Shown here one piece after another: positions 11,805 to 25,600 of a stretch of DNA of 64,000 nucleotides. The notes under the pieces were generated by a model that had not been told where the DNA came from, did no database searches, and saw only the letters and a list, made by a program, of their open reading frames with translations. How positions within the stretch are numbered: the first letter of the stretch is position 1; every line of letters begins with the position of its first letter. Made by a program: the position numbers and the translations under genes. Source of the stretch: Auanema rhodensis (lineage: Eukaryota; Animalia; Nematoda); contig OZ059895.1 in the NCBI GenBank assembly GCA_964057225.1, forward strand, positions 2,914,001-2,978,000. Direction: 5' to 3'.

Positions 11805-14800
11805 ATGGATGTTTTCCTACGTAGGCTAGTAAAACATGCCTTTCAAAGCATCAGAACATGTGATCACATTCCAATTTTTTTGTATCTATCTTGTAAAGAT
11901 AGTAATATATCATATGTTGAACACTATGTTGGAAAGATTTTAATTCGGTTTTTTTTCAACTTTCACTCAGTTTGTTTTCTTAACTTTGATTAAGAACCTT
12001 GAGTTTTGTACACCCATAAATTATACGCAGCACAGGTTACCCTTAAATAATGAACTGACCGACTAATCAGACATGGATCTTTCCTAGTTCTGTTGCTTGA
12101 ATGGATGTTTTCCTACGTAGGCTAGTAAAACATGCCCTTCAAAGCATCAGAACATGTGATCACATTCCAATATTTTTGTATCTATCTTGTAAAGATAGTA
12201 ATATATCATATGTTGAACACTATGTTGGAAAGATTTTAATTCAGATTTTTTCAACTTTCACTCAGTTTGTTTTCTAAACTTTGATTAAGAACCTTGAGTT
12301 TTGTACACCCATGAATTATACGCAGCACAGGTTACCCTTAAATAATGAACTGACCGACTAATCAGACATGGATCTTTCCTAGTTCTGTTGCTTGAATGGA
12401 TGTTTTCCTACGTAGGCTAGTAAAACATGCCCTTCAAAGCATCAGAACATGTGATCACATTCCAATTTTTTTGTATCTATCTTGTAAAGATAGTAATTAT
12501 ATCATATGTTGAACACTATGTTGGAAAGATTTTAATTCAGATTTTCTAACTTTTATTCAGTTTGTTTTTTAAACTTTGATTAAGAACTTTGATTTTCGTA
12601 CACCCATAAATTATACGCAGCACAGGTTACCCTTAAATAATGAACTGACCGACTAATCAGACATGGATCTTTCCTAGTTCTGTTGCTTGAATGGATGTTT
12701 TCCTACGTAGGCTAGTAAAACATGCCCTTCAAAGCATCAGAACATGTGATCACATTCCAATATTTTTGTATCTATCTTGTAAAGATAGTAATATATCATA
12801 TGTTGAACACTATGTTGGAAAGATTTTAATTCAGATTTTCTAACTTTTATTCAGTTTGTTTTTTAAACTTTGATTAAGAACTTTGATTTTTGTACACCCA
12901 TAAATTATACGCAGCACAGGTTACCCTTGAATAATGAACTGACCGACTAATCAGACATGGATCTTTCCTAGTTCTGTTGCTTGAATGGATGTTTTCCTAC
13001 GTAGGCTAGTAAAACATGCCCTTCAAAGCATCAGAACATGTGATCACATTCCAATTTTTTTGTATCTATCTTGTAAAGATAGTAATAAACTTTGATTTTT
13101 GTACACCCATAAATTATACGCAGCACAGGTTACCCTTAAATAATGAACTGACCGACTAATCAGACATGGATCTTTCCAAGTTCTGTTGCTTGAACGGATG
13201 TTTTCCTACGTAGGCTAGTAAAACATGCCCTTCAAAGCATCAGAACATGTGATCACATTTCAATTTTTTTGTATCTATCTTGTAAAGATAGTAATATATC
13301 ATATGTTGAACACTATGTTGGAAAGATTTTAATTCAGATTTTTTCAACTTTCACTCAGTTTGTTTTCTAAACTTTGATTAAGAACCTTGTTGTTTGTACA
13401 CCCATAAAATATACGCAGCACAGGTTACCCTTAAATAATGAACTGACCGTCTAATCAGACATGGATCTTCCCAAGTTCTGTTGCTTGAATGGATGTTTTC
13501 CTACGTAGGCTAGTAAAACATGCCCTTCAAAGCATCAGAACATGTGATCACATTCCAATTTTTTTGTATCTATCTTGTAAAGATAGTAATATATCATATG
13601 TTGAACACTATGTTGGAAAGATTTTAATTCGGTTTTTTTTCAACTTTCACTCAGTTTGTTTTCTTAACTTTGATTAAGAACCTTGAGTTTTGTACACCCA
13701 TAAATTATACGCAGCACAGGTTACCCTTAAATAATGAACTGACCGACTAATCAGACATGGATCTTTCCTAGTTCTGTTGCTTGAATGGATGTTTTCCTAC
13801 GTAGTCTAGTAAAACATGCCCTTCAAAGCATCAGAACATGTGATCACATTCCAATTTTTTTGTATCTATCTTGTAAAGATAGTAATATATCATATGTTGA
13901 ACACTATGTTGGAAAGATTTTAATTCAGATTTTTTCAACTTTCACTCAGTTTGTTTTCTAAACTTTGATTAAGAACCTTGAGTTTTGTACACCTATGAAT
14001 TATACGCAGCACAGGTTACCCTTAAATAATGAACTGACCGACTAATCAGACATGGATCTTTCCTAGTTCTGTTGCTTGAATGGATGTTTTCCTACGTAGG
14101 CTAGTAAAACATGCCCTTCAAAGCATCAGAACATGTGATCACATTCCAATTTTTTTGTATCTATCTTGTAAAGATAGTAATTATATCATATGTTGAACAC
14201 TATGTTGGAAAGATTTTAATTCAGATTTTCTAACTTTTATTCAGTTTGTTTTTTAAACTTTGATTAAGAACTTTGATTTTCGTACACCCATAAATTATAC
14301 GCAGCACAGGTTACCCTTAAATAATGAACTGACCGACTAATCAGACATGGATCTTTCCTAGTTCTGTTGCTTGAATGGATGTTTTCCTACGTAGGCTAGT
14401 AAAACATGCCCTTCAAAGCATCAGAACATGTGATCACATTCCAATTTTTTTGTATCTATCTTGTAAAGATAGTAATATATCATATGTTGAACACTATGTT
14501 GGAAAGATTTTAATTCAGATTTTCTAACTTTTATTCAGTTTGTTTTTTAAACTTTGATTAAGAACTTTGATTTTTGTACACCCATAAATTATACGCAGCA
14601 CAGGTTACCCTTGAATAATGAACTGACCGACTAATCAGACATGGATCTTTCCTAGTTCTGTTGCTTGAATGGATGTTTTCCTACGTAGGCTAGTAAAACA
14701 TGCCCTTCAAAGCATCAGAACATGTGATCACATTCCAATTTTTTTGTATCTATCTTGTAAAGATAGTAATAAACTTTGATTTTTGTACACCCATAAATTA

Positions 14801-15468
14801 TACGCAGCACAGGTTACCCTTAAATAATGAACTGACCGACTAATCAGACATGGATCTTTCCAAGTTCTGTTGCTTGAACGGATGTTTTCCTACGTAGGCT
14901 AGTAAAACATGCCCTTCAAAGCATCAGAACATGTGATCACATTTCAATTTTTTTGTATCTATCTTGTAAAGATAGTAATATATCATATGTTGAACACTAT
15001 GTTGGAAAGATTTTAATTCAGATTTTTTCAACTTTCACTCAGTTTGTTTTCTAAACTTTGATTAAGAACCTTGTTGTTTGTACACCCATAAAATATACGC
15101 AGCACAGGTTACCCTTAAATAATGAACTGACCGTCTAATCAGACATGGATCTTCCCAAGTTCTGTTGCTTGAATGGATGTTTTCCTACGTAGGCTAGTAA
15201 AACATGCCCTTCAAAGCATCAGAACATGTGATCACATTCCAATTTTTTTGTATCTATCTTGTAAAGATAGTAATATATCATATGTTGAACACTATGTTGG
15301 AAAGATTTTAATTCGGTTTTTTTTCAACTTTCACTCAGTTTGTTTTCTTAACTTTGATTAAGAACCTTGAGTTTTGTACACCCATAAATTATACGCAGCA
15401 CAGGTTACCCTTAAATAATGAACTGACCGACTAATCAGACATGGATCTTTCCTAGTTCTGTTGCTTGA
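11805..15468. repeat. 1684 bp 6-mer higher-order repeat, second run (8334 bp offset copy of the first)
   Basis: C-type starts at 11805, 13489 and 15173. The rare allele ACACCTATGA is shared at 5660 and 13994 (offset 8334). Confidence 0.9.
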
Positions 15469-16649
15469 ATGGATGTTTTCCTACGTAGGCTAGTAAAACA
15501 TGCCCTTCAAAGCATCAGAACATGTGATCACATTCCAATTTTTTTGTATCTATCTTGTAAAGATAGTAATATATCATATGTTGAACACTATGTTGGAAAG
15601 ATTTTAATTCAGATTTACGAACTTTCACTCAGTTTGTTTTTTAAACTTTGATTGAGAACTTTGATTTTTGTACACCCATAAATTATACGCAGCACAGGTT
15701 ACCCTTAAATAATGAACTGACCGACTAATCAGACATGGATCTTTCCAAGTTCTGTTGCTTGAATGGATGTTTTCCTACGTAGGCTAGTAGAACATGCCAT
15801 TCAAAGCATCAGAACATGTGACCACATTCCAATTTTTTTGTATCTATCTTGTAAAGATAGTAATATATCATATGTTGAACACTATGTTGGAAAGATTTTA
15901 ATTCAGATTTTCTAACTTTTATTCAGTTTGTTTTTTAAACTTTGATTAAGAACTTTGATTTTTGTACACCCATAAATTATACGCAGCACAGGTTACCCTT
16001 AAATAATGAACTGACCGACTAATCAGACATGGATCTTTCCTAGTTCTGTTGCTTGAATGGATGTTTTCCTACGTAGGCTAGTAAAACATGCCCTTCAAAG
16101 CATCAGAACATGTGATCACATTCCAATTTTTTTGTATCTATCTTGTAAAGATAGTAATATATCATATGTTGAACACTATGTTGGAAAGATTTTAATTCAG
16201 ATTTTTTCAACTTTCACTCAGTTTGTTTTCTAAACTTTGATTAAGAACCTTGAGTTTTGTACACCCATAAAATATACGCAGCACAGGTTACCCTTAAATA
16301 ATGAACTGACTGTCTAATCAGACATGGATCTTCCCCAGTTCTGTTGCTTGAATGGATGTTTTCCTACGTAGGCTAGTAAAACATGCCCTTCAAAGCATCA
16401 GAACATGTGATCACATTCCAATTTTTTTGTATCTATCTTGTAAAGATAGTAATATATCATATGTTGAACACTATGTTGGAAAGATTTTAATTCAGATTTT
16501 CGAACTTTTATTCAGTTTGTTTTTTAAACTTTGATTAAGAACTTTGATTTTTGTACACCCATAAATTATACGCAGCACAGGTTACCCTTAATTAATGAAC
16601 TGACCGACTAATCAGACATGGATCTTTCCAAGTTCTGTTGCTTGAACGG

Positions 16650-19600
16650 ATGTTTTCCTACGTAGGCTAGTAAAACATGCCCTTCAAAGCATCAGAACAT
16701 GTGATCACATTCCAATTTTTTTGTATCTATCTTGTAAAGATAGTAATTATATCATATGTTGAACACTATGTTGGAAAGATTTTAATTCAGATTTTCTAAC
16801 TTTTATTCAGTTTGTTTTTTTAACTTTGATTAAGAACTTTGATTTTCGTACACCCATAAATTATACGCAGCACAGGTTACCCTTAAATAATGAACTGACC
16901 GACTAATCAGACATGGATCTTTCCTAGTTCTGTTGCTTGAATGGATGTTTTCCTACGTAGGCTAGTAAAACATGCCCTTCAAAGCATCAGAACATGTGAT
17001 CACATTCCAATATTTTTGTATCTATCTTGTAAAGATAGTAATATATCATATGTTGAACACTATGTTGGAAAGATTTTAATTCAGATTTTCTAACTTTTAT
17101 TCAGTTTGTTTTTTAAACTTTGATTAAGAACTTTGATTTTTGTACACCCATAAATTATACGCAGCACAGGTTACCCTTGAATAATGAACTGACCGACTAA
17201 TCAGACATGGATCTTTCCTAGTTCTGTTGCTTGAATGGATGTTTTCCTACGTAGGCTAGTAAAACATGCCCTTCAAAGCATCAGAACATGTGATCACATT
17301 CCAATTTTTTTGTATCTATCTTGTAAAGATAGTAATAAACTTTGATTTTTGTACACCCATAAATTATACGCAGCACAGGTTACCCTTAAATAATGAACTG
17401 ACCGACTAATCAGACATGGATCTTTCCAAGTTCTGTTGCTTGAACGGATGTTTTCCTACGTAGGCTAGTAAAACATGCCCTTCAAAGCATCAGAACATGT
17501 GATCACATTCCAATTTTTTTGTATCTATCTTGTAAAGATAGTAATATATCATATGTTGAACACTATGTTGGAAAGATTTTAATTCGGTTTTTTTTCAACT
17601 TTCACTCAGTTTGTTTTCTTAACTTTGATTAAGAACCTTGAGTTTTGTACACCCATAAATTATACGCAGCACAGGTTACCCTTAAATAATGAACTGACCG
17701 ACTAATCAGACATGGATCTTTCCTAGTTCTGTTGCTTGAATGGATGTTTTCCTACGTAGGCTAGTAAAACATGCCCTTCAAAGCATCAGAACATGTGATC
17801 ACATTCCAATTTTTTTGTATCTATCTTGTAAAGATAGTAATATATCATATGTTGAACACTATGTTGGAAAGATTTTAATTCAGATTTTCTAACTTTTATT
17901 CAGTTTGTTTTTTAAACTTTGATTAAGAACTTTGATTTTTGTACACCCATAAATTATACGCAGCACAGGTTACCCTTGAATAATGAACTGACCGACTAAT
18001 CAGACATGGATCTTTCCTAGTTCTGTTGCTTGAATGGATGTTTTCCTACGTAGGCTAGTAAAACATGCCCTTCAAAGCATCAGAACATGTGATCACATTC
18101 CAATTTTTTTGTATCTATCTTGTAAAGATAGTAATAAACTTTGATTTTTGTACACCCATAAATTATACGCAGCACAGGTTACCCTTAAATAATGAACTGA
18201 CCGACTAATCAGACATGGATCTTTCCAAGTTCTGTTGCTTGAACGGATGTTTTCCTACGTAGGCTAGTAAAACATGCCCTTCAAAGCATCAGAACATGTG
18301 ATCACATTCCAATTTTTTTGTATCTATCTTGTAAAGATAGTAATATATCATATGTTGAACACTATGTTGGAAAGATTTTAATTCGGTTTTTTTTCAACTT
18401 TCACTCAGTTTGTTTTCTTAACTTTGATTAAGAACCTTGAGTTTTGTACACCCATAAATTATACGCAGCACAGGTTACCCTTAAATAATGAACTGACCGA
18501 CTAATCAGACATGGATCTTTCCTAGTTCTGTTGCTTGAATGGATGTTTTCCTACGTAGGCTAGTAAAACATGCCCTTCAAAGCATCAGAACATGTGATCA
18601 CATTCCAATTTTTTTGTATCTATCTTGTAAAGATAGTAATATATCATATGTTGAACACTATGTTGGAAAGATTTTAATTCAGATTTACGAACTTTCACTC
18701 AGTTTGTTTTTTAAACTTTGATTGAGAACTTTGATTTTTGTACACCCATAAATTATACGCAGCACAGGTTACCCTTAAATAATGAACTGACCGTCTAATC
18801 AGACATGGATCTTCCCAAGTTCTGTTGCTTGAATGGATGTTTTCCTACGTAGGCTAGTAAAACATGCCCTTCAAAGCATCAGAACATGTGATCACATTCC
18901 AATTTTTTTGTATCTATCTTGTAAAGATAGTAATATATCATATGTTGAACACTATGTTGGAAAGATTTTAATTCGGTTTTTTTTCAACTTTCACTCAGTT
19001 TGTTTTCTTAACTTTGATTAAGAACCTTGAGTTTTGTACACCCATAAATTATACGCAGCACAGGTTACCCTTAAATAATGAACTGACCGACTAATCAGAC
19101 ATGGATCTTTCCTAGTTCTGTTGCTTGAATGGATGTTTTCCTACGTAGGCTAGTAAAACATGCCCTTCAAAGCATCAGAACATGTGATCACATTTCAATT
19201 TTTTTGTATCTATCTTGTAAAGATAGTAATATATCATATGTTGAACACTATGTTGGAAAGATTTTAATTCAGATTTTTTCAACTTTCACTCAGTTTGTTT
19301 TCTAAACTTTGATTAAGAACCTTGTTGTTTGTACACCCATAAAATATACGCAGCACAGGTTACCCTTAAATAATGAACTGACCGTCTAATCAGACATGGA
19401 TCTTCCCAAGTTCTGTTGCTTGAATGGATGTTTTCCTACGTAGGCTAGTAAAACATGCCCTTCAAAGCATCAGAACATGTGATCACATTCCAATTTTTTT
19501 GTATCTATCTTGTAAAGATAGTAATATATCATATGTTGAACACTATGTTGGAAAGATTTTAATTCGGTTTTTTTTCAACTTTCACTCAGTTTGTTTTCTT

Positions 19601-22600
19601 AACTTTGATTAAGAACCTTGAGTTTTGTACACCCATAAATTATACGCAGCACAGGTTACCCTTAAATAATGAACTGACCGACTAATCAGACATGGATCTT
19701 TCCTAGTTCTGTTGCTTGAATGGATGTTTTCCTACGTAGGCTAGTAAAACATGCCCTTCAAAGCATCAGAACATGTGATCACATTCCAATTTTTTTGTAT
19801 CTATCTTGTAAAGATAGTAATATATCATATGTTGAACACTATGTTGGAAAGATTTTAATTCAGATTTACGAACTTTCACTCAGTTTGTTTTTTAAACTTT
19901 GATTGAGAACTTTGATTTTTGTACACCCATAAATTATACGCAGCACAGGTTACCCTTAAATAATGAACTGACCGACTAATCAGACATGGATCTTTCCAAG
20001 TTCTGTTGCTTGAATGGATGTTTTCCTACGTAGGCTAGTAGAACATGCCATTCAAAGCATCAGAACATGTGACCACATTCCAATTTTTTTGTATCTATCT
20101 TGTAAAGATAGTAATATATCATATGTTGAACACTATGTTGGAAAGATTTTAATTCAGATTTTCTAACTTTTATTCAGTTTGTTTTTTAAACTTTGATTAA
20201 GAACTTTGATTTTTGTACACCCATAAATTATACGCAGCACAGGTTACCCTTAAATAATGAACTGACCGACTAATCAGACATGGATCTTTCCTAGTTCTGT
20301 TGCTTGAATGGATGTTTTCCTACGTAGGCTAGTAAAACATGCCCTTCAAAGCATCAGAACATGTGATCACATTCCAATTTTTTTGTATCTATCTTGTAAA
20401 GATAGTAATATATCATATGTTGAACACTATGTTGGAAAGATTTTAATTCAGATTTTTTCAACTTTCACTCAGTTTGTTTTCTTAACTTTGATTAAGAACC
20501 TTGTTGTTTGTACACCCATAAATTATACGCAGCACAGGTTACCCTTAAATAATGAACTGACCGACTAATCAGACATGGATCTTTCCTAGTTCTGTTGCTT
20601 GAATGGATGTTTTCCTACGTAGGCTAGTAAAACATGCCCTTCAAAGCATCAGAACATGTGATCACATTCCAATTTTTTTGTATCTATCTTGTAAAGATAG
20701 TAATAAACTTTGATTTTTGTACACCCATAAATTATACGCAGCACAGGTTACCCTTAAATAATGAACTGACCGACTAATCAGACATGGATCTTTCCTAGTT
20801 CTGTTGCTTGAATGGATGTTTTCCTACGTAGGCTAGTAAAACATGCCCTTCAAAGCATCAGAACATGTGATCACATTCCAATTTTTTTGTATCTATCTTG
20901 TAAAGATAGTAATATATCATATGTTGAACACTATGTTGGAAAGATTTTAATTCAGATTTTCTAACTTTTATTCAGTTTGTTTTTTAAACTTTGATTAAGA
21001 ACTTTGATTTTTGTACACCCATAAATTATACGCAGCACAGGTTACCCTTAAATAATGAACTGACCGACTAATCAGACATGGATCTTTCCTAGTTCTGTTG
21101 CTTGAATGGATGTTTTCCTACGTAGGCTAGTAAAACATGCCCTTCAAAGCATCAGAACATGTGATCACATTCCAATTTTTTTGTATCTATCTTGTAAAGA
21201 TAGTAATATATCATATGTTGAACACTATGTTGGAAAGATTTTAATTCAGATTTTTTCAACTTTCACTCAGTTTGTTTTCTAAACTTTGATTAAGAACCTT
21301 GAGTTTTGTACACCCATAAAATATACGCAGCACAGGTTACCCTTAAATAATGAACTGACTGTCTAATCAGACATGGATCTTCCCCAGTTCTGTTGCTTGA
21401 ATGGATGTTTTCCTACGTAGGCTAGTAAAACATGCCCTTCAAAGCATCAGAACATGTGATCACATTCCAATTTTTTTGTATCTATCTTGTAAAGATAGTA
21501 ATATATCATATGTTGAACACTATGTTGGAAAGATTTTAATTCAGATTTTCGAACTTTTATTCAGTTTGTTTTTTAAACTTTGATTAAGAACTTTGATTTT
21601 TGTACACCCATAAATTATACGCAGCACAGGTTACCCTTAATTAATGAACTGACCGACTAATCAGACATGGATCTTTCCAAGTTCTGTTGCTTGAACGGAT
21701 GTTTTCCTACGTAGGCTAGTAAAACATGCCCTTCAAAGCATCAGAACATGTGATCACATTCCAATTTTTTTGTATCTATCTTGTAAAGATAGTAATTATA
21801 TCATATGTTGAACACTATGTTGGAAAGATTTTAATTCAGATTTTCTAACTTTTATTCAGTTTGTTTTTTTAACTTTGATTAAGAACTTTGATTTTCGTAC
21901 ACCCATAAATTATACGCAGCACAGGTTACCCTTAAATAATGAACTGACCGACTAATCAGACATGGATCTTTCCTAGTTCTGTTGCTTGAATGGATGTTTT
22001 CCTACGTAGGCTAGTAAAACATGCCCTTCAAAGCATCAGAACATGTGATCACATTCCAATATTTTTGTATCTATCTTGTAAAGATAGTAATATATCATAT
22101 GTTGAACACTATGTTGGAAAGATTTTAATTCAGATTTTCTAACTTTTATTCAGTTTGTTTTTTAAACTTTGATTAAGAACTTTGATTTTTGTACACCCAT
22201 AAATTATACGCAGCACAGGTTACCCTTGAATAATGAACTGACCGACTAATCAGACATGGATCTTTCCTAGTTCTGTTGCTTGAATGGATGTTTTCCTACG
22301 TAGGCTAGTAAAACATGCCCTTCAAAGCATCAGAACATGTGATCACATTCCAATTTTTCTGTATCTATCTTGTAAAGATAGTAATAAACTTTGATTTTTG
22401 TACACCCATAAATTATACGCAGCACAGGTTACCCTTAAATAATGAACTGACCGACTAATCAGACATGGATCTTTCCAAGTTCTGTTGCTTGAACGGATGT
22501 TTTCCTACGTAGGCTAGTAAAACATGCCCTTCAAAGCATCAGAACATGTGATCACATTCCAATTTTTTTGTATCTATCTTGTAAAGATAGTAATATATCA

Positions 22601-25600
22601 TATGTTGAACACTATGTTGGAAAGATTTTAATTCAGATTTTTTCAACTTTCACTCAGTTTGTTTTCTTAACTTTGATTAAGAACCTTGTTGTTTGTACAC
22701 CCATAAATTATACGCAGCACAGGTTACCCTTAAATAATGAACTGACCGACTAATCAGACATGGATCTTTCCTAGTTCTGTTGCTTGAATGGATCTTTTCC
22801 TACGTAGGCTAGTAAAACATGCCCTTCAAAGCATCAGAACATGTGATCACATTCCAATTTTTTTGTATCTATCTTGTAAAGATAGTAATTATATCATATG
22901 TTGAACACTATGTTGGAAAGATTTTAATTCAGATTTTCTAACTTTTATTCAGTTTGTTTTTTTAACTTTGATTAAGAACTTTGATTTTCGTACACCCATA
23001 AATTATACGCAGCACAGGTTACCCTTAAATAATGAACTGACCGACTAATCAGACATGGATCTTTCCTAGTTCTGTTGCTTGAATGGATGTTTTCCTACGT
23101 AGGCTAGTAAAACATGCCCTTCAAAGCATCAGAACATGTGATCACATTCCAATATTTTTGTATCTATCTTGTAAAGATAGTAATATATCATATGTTGAAC
23201 ACTATGTTGGAAAGATTTTAATTCAGATTTTCTAACTTTTATTCAGTTTGTTTTTTAAACTTTGATTAAGAACTTTGATTTTTGTACACCCATAAATTAT
23301 ACGCAGCACAGGTTACCCTTGAATAATGAACTGACCGACTAATCAGACATGGATCTTTCCTAGTTCTGTTGCTTGAATGGATGTTTTCCTACGTAGGCTA
23401 GTAAAACATGCCCTTCAAAGCATCAGAACATGTGATCACATTCCAATTTTTTTGTATCTATCTTGTAAAGATAGTAATAAACTTTGATTTTTGTACACCC
23501 ATAAATTATACGCAGCACAGGTTACCCTTAAATAATGAACTGACCGACTAATCAGACATGGATCTTTCCAAGTTCTGTTGCTTGAACGGATGTTTTCCTA
23601 CGTAGGCTAGTAAAACATGCCCTTCAAAGCATCAGAACATGTGATCACATTCCAATTTTTTTGTATCTATCTTGTAAAGATAGTAATATATCATATGTTG
23701 AACACTATGTTGGAAAGATTTTAATTCGGTTTTTTTTCAACTTTCACTCAGTTTGTTTTCTTAACTTTGATTAAGAACCTTGAGTTTTGTACACCCATAA
23801 ATTATACGCAGCACAGGTTACCCTTAAATAATGAACTGACCGACTAATCAGACATGGATCTTTCCTAGTTCTGTTGCTTGAATGGATGTTTTCCTACGTA
23901 GGCTAGTAAAACATGCCCTTCAAAGCATCAGAACATGTGATCACATTCCAATTTTTTTGTATCTATCTTGTAAAGATAGTAATATATCATATGTTGAACA
24001 CTATGTTGGAAAGATTTTAATTCAGATTTTCTAACTTTTATTCAGTTTGTTTTTTAAACTTTGATTAAGAACTTTGATTTTTGTACACCCATAAATTATA
24101 CGCAGCACAGGTTACCCTTGAATAATGAACTGACCGACTAATCAGACATGGATCTTTCCTAGTTCTGTTGCTTGAATGGATGTTTTCCTACGTAGGCTAG
24201 TAAAACATGCCCTTCAAAGCATCAGAACATGTGATCACATTCCAATTTTTTTGTATCTATCTTGTAAAGATAGTAATAAACTTTGATTTTTGTACACCCA
24301 TAAATTATACGCAGCACAGGTTACCCTTAAATAATGAACTGACCGACTAATCAGACATGGATCTTTCCAAGTTCTGTTGCTTGAACGGATGTTTTCCTAC
24401 GTAGGCTAGTAAAACATGCCCTTCAAAGCATCAGAACATGTGATCACATTCCAATTTTTTTGTATCTATCTTGTAAAGATAGTAATATATCATATGTTGA
24501 ACACTATGTTGGAAAGATTTTAATTCGGTTTTTTTTCAACTTTCACTCAGTTTGTTTTCTTAACTTTGATTAAGAACCTTGAGTTTTGTACACCCATAAA
24601 TTATACGCAGCACAGGTTACCCTTAAATAATGAACTGACCGACTAATCAGACATGGATCTTTCCTAGTTCTGTTGCTTGAATGGATGTTTTCCTACGTAG
24701 GCTAGTAAAACATGCCCTTCAAAGCATCAGAACATGTGATCACATTCCAATTTTTTTGTATCTATCTTGTAAAGATAGTAATATATCATATGTTGAACAC
24801 TATGTTGGAAAGATTTTAATTCAGATTTACGAACTTTCACTCAGTTTGTTTTTTAAACTTTGATTGAGAACTTTGATTTTTGTACACCCATAAATTATAC
24901 GCAGCACAGGTTACCCTTAAATAATGAACTGACCGTCTAATCAGACATGGATCTTCCCAAGTTCTGTTGCTTGAATGGATGTTTTCCTACGTAGGCTAGT
25001 AAAACATGCCCTTCAAAGCATCAGAACATGTGATCACATTCCAATTTTTTTGTATCTATCTTGTAAAGATAGTAATATATCATATGTTGAACACTATGTT
25101 GGAAAGATTTTAATTCGGTTTTTTTTCAACTTTCACTCAGTTTGTTTTCTTAACTTTGATTAAGAACCTTGAGTTTTGTACACCCATAAATTATACGCAG
25201 CACAGGTTACCCTTAAATAATGAACTGACCGACTAATCAGACATGGATCTTTCCTAGTTCTGTTGCTTGAATGGATGTTTTCCTACGTAGGCTAGTAAAA
25301 CATGCCCTTCAAAGCATCAGAACATGTGATCACATTTCAATTTTTTTGTATCTATCTTGTAAAGATAGTAATATATCATATGTTGAACACTATGTTGGAA
25401 AGATTTTAATTCAGATTTTTTCAACTTTCACTCAGTTTGTTTTCTAAACTTTGATTAAGAACCTTGTTGTTTGTACACCCATAAAATATACGCAGCACAG
25501 GTTACCCTTAAATAATGAACTGACCGTCTAATCAGACATGGATCTTCCCAAGTTCTGTTGCTTGAATGGATGTTTTCCTACGTAGGCTAGTAAAACATGC

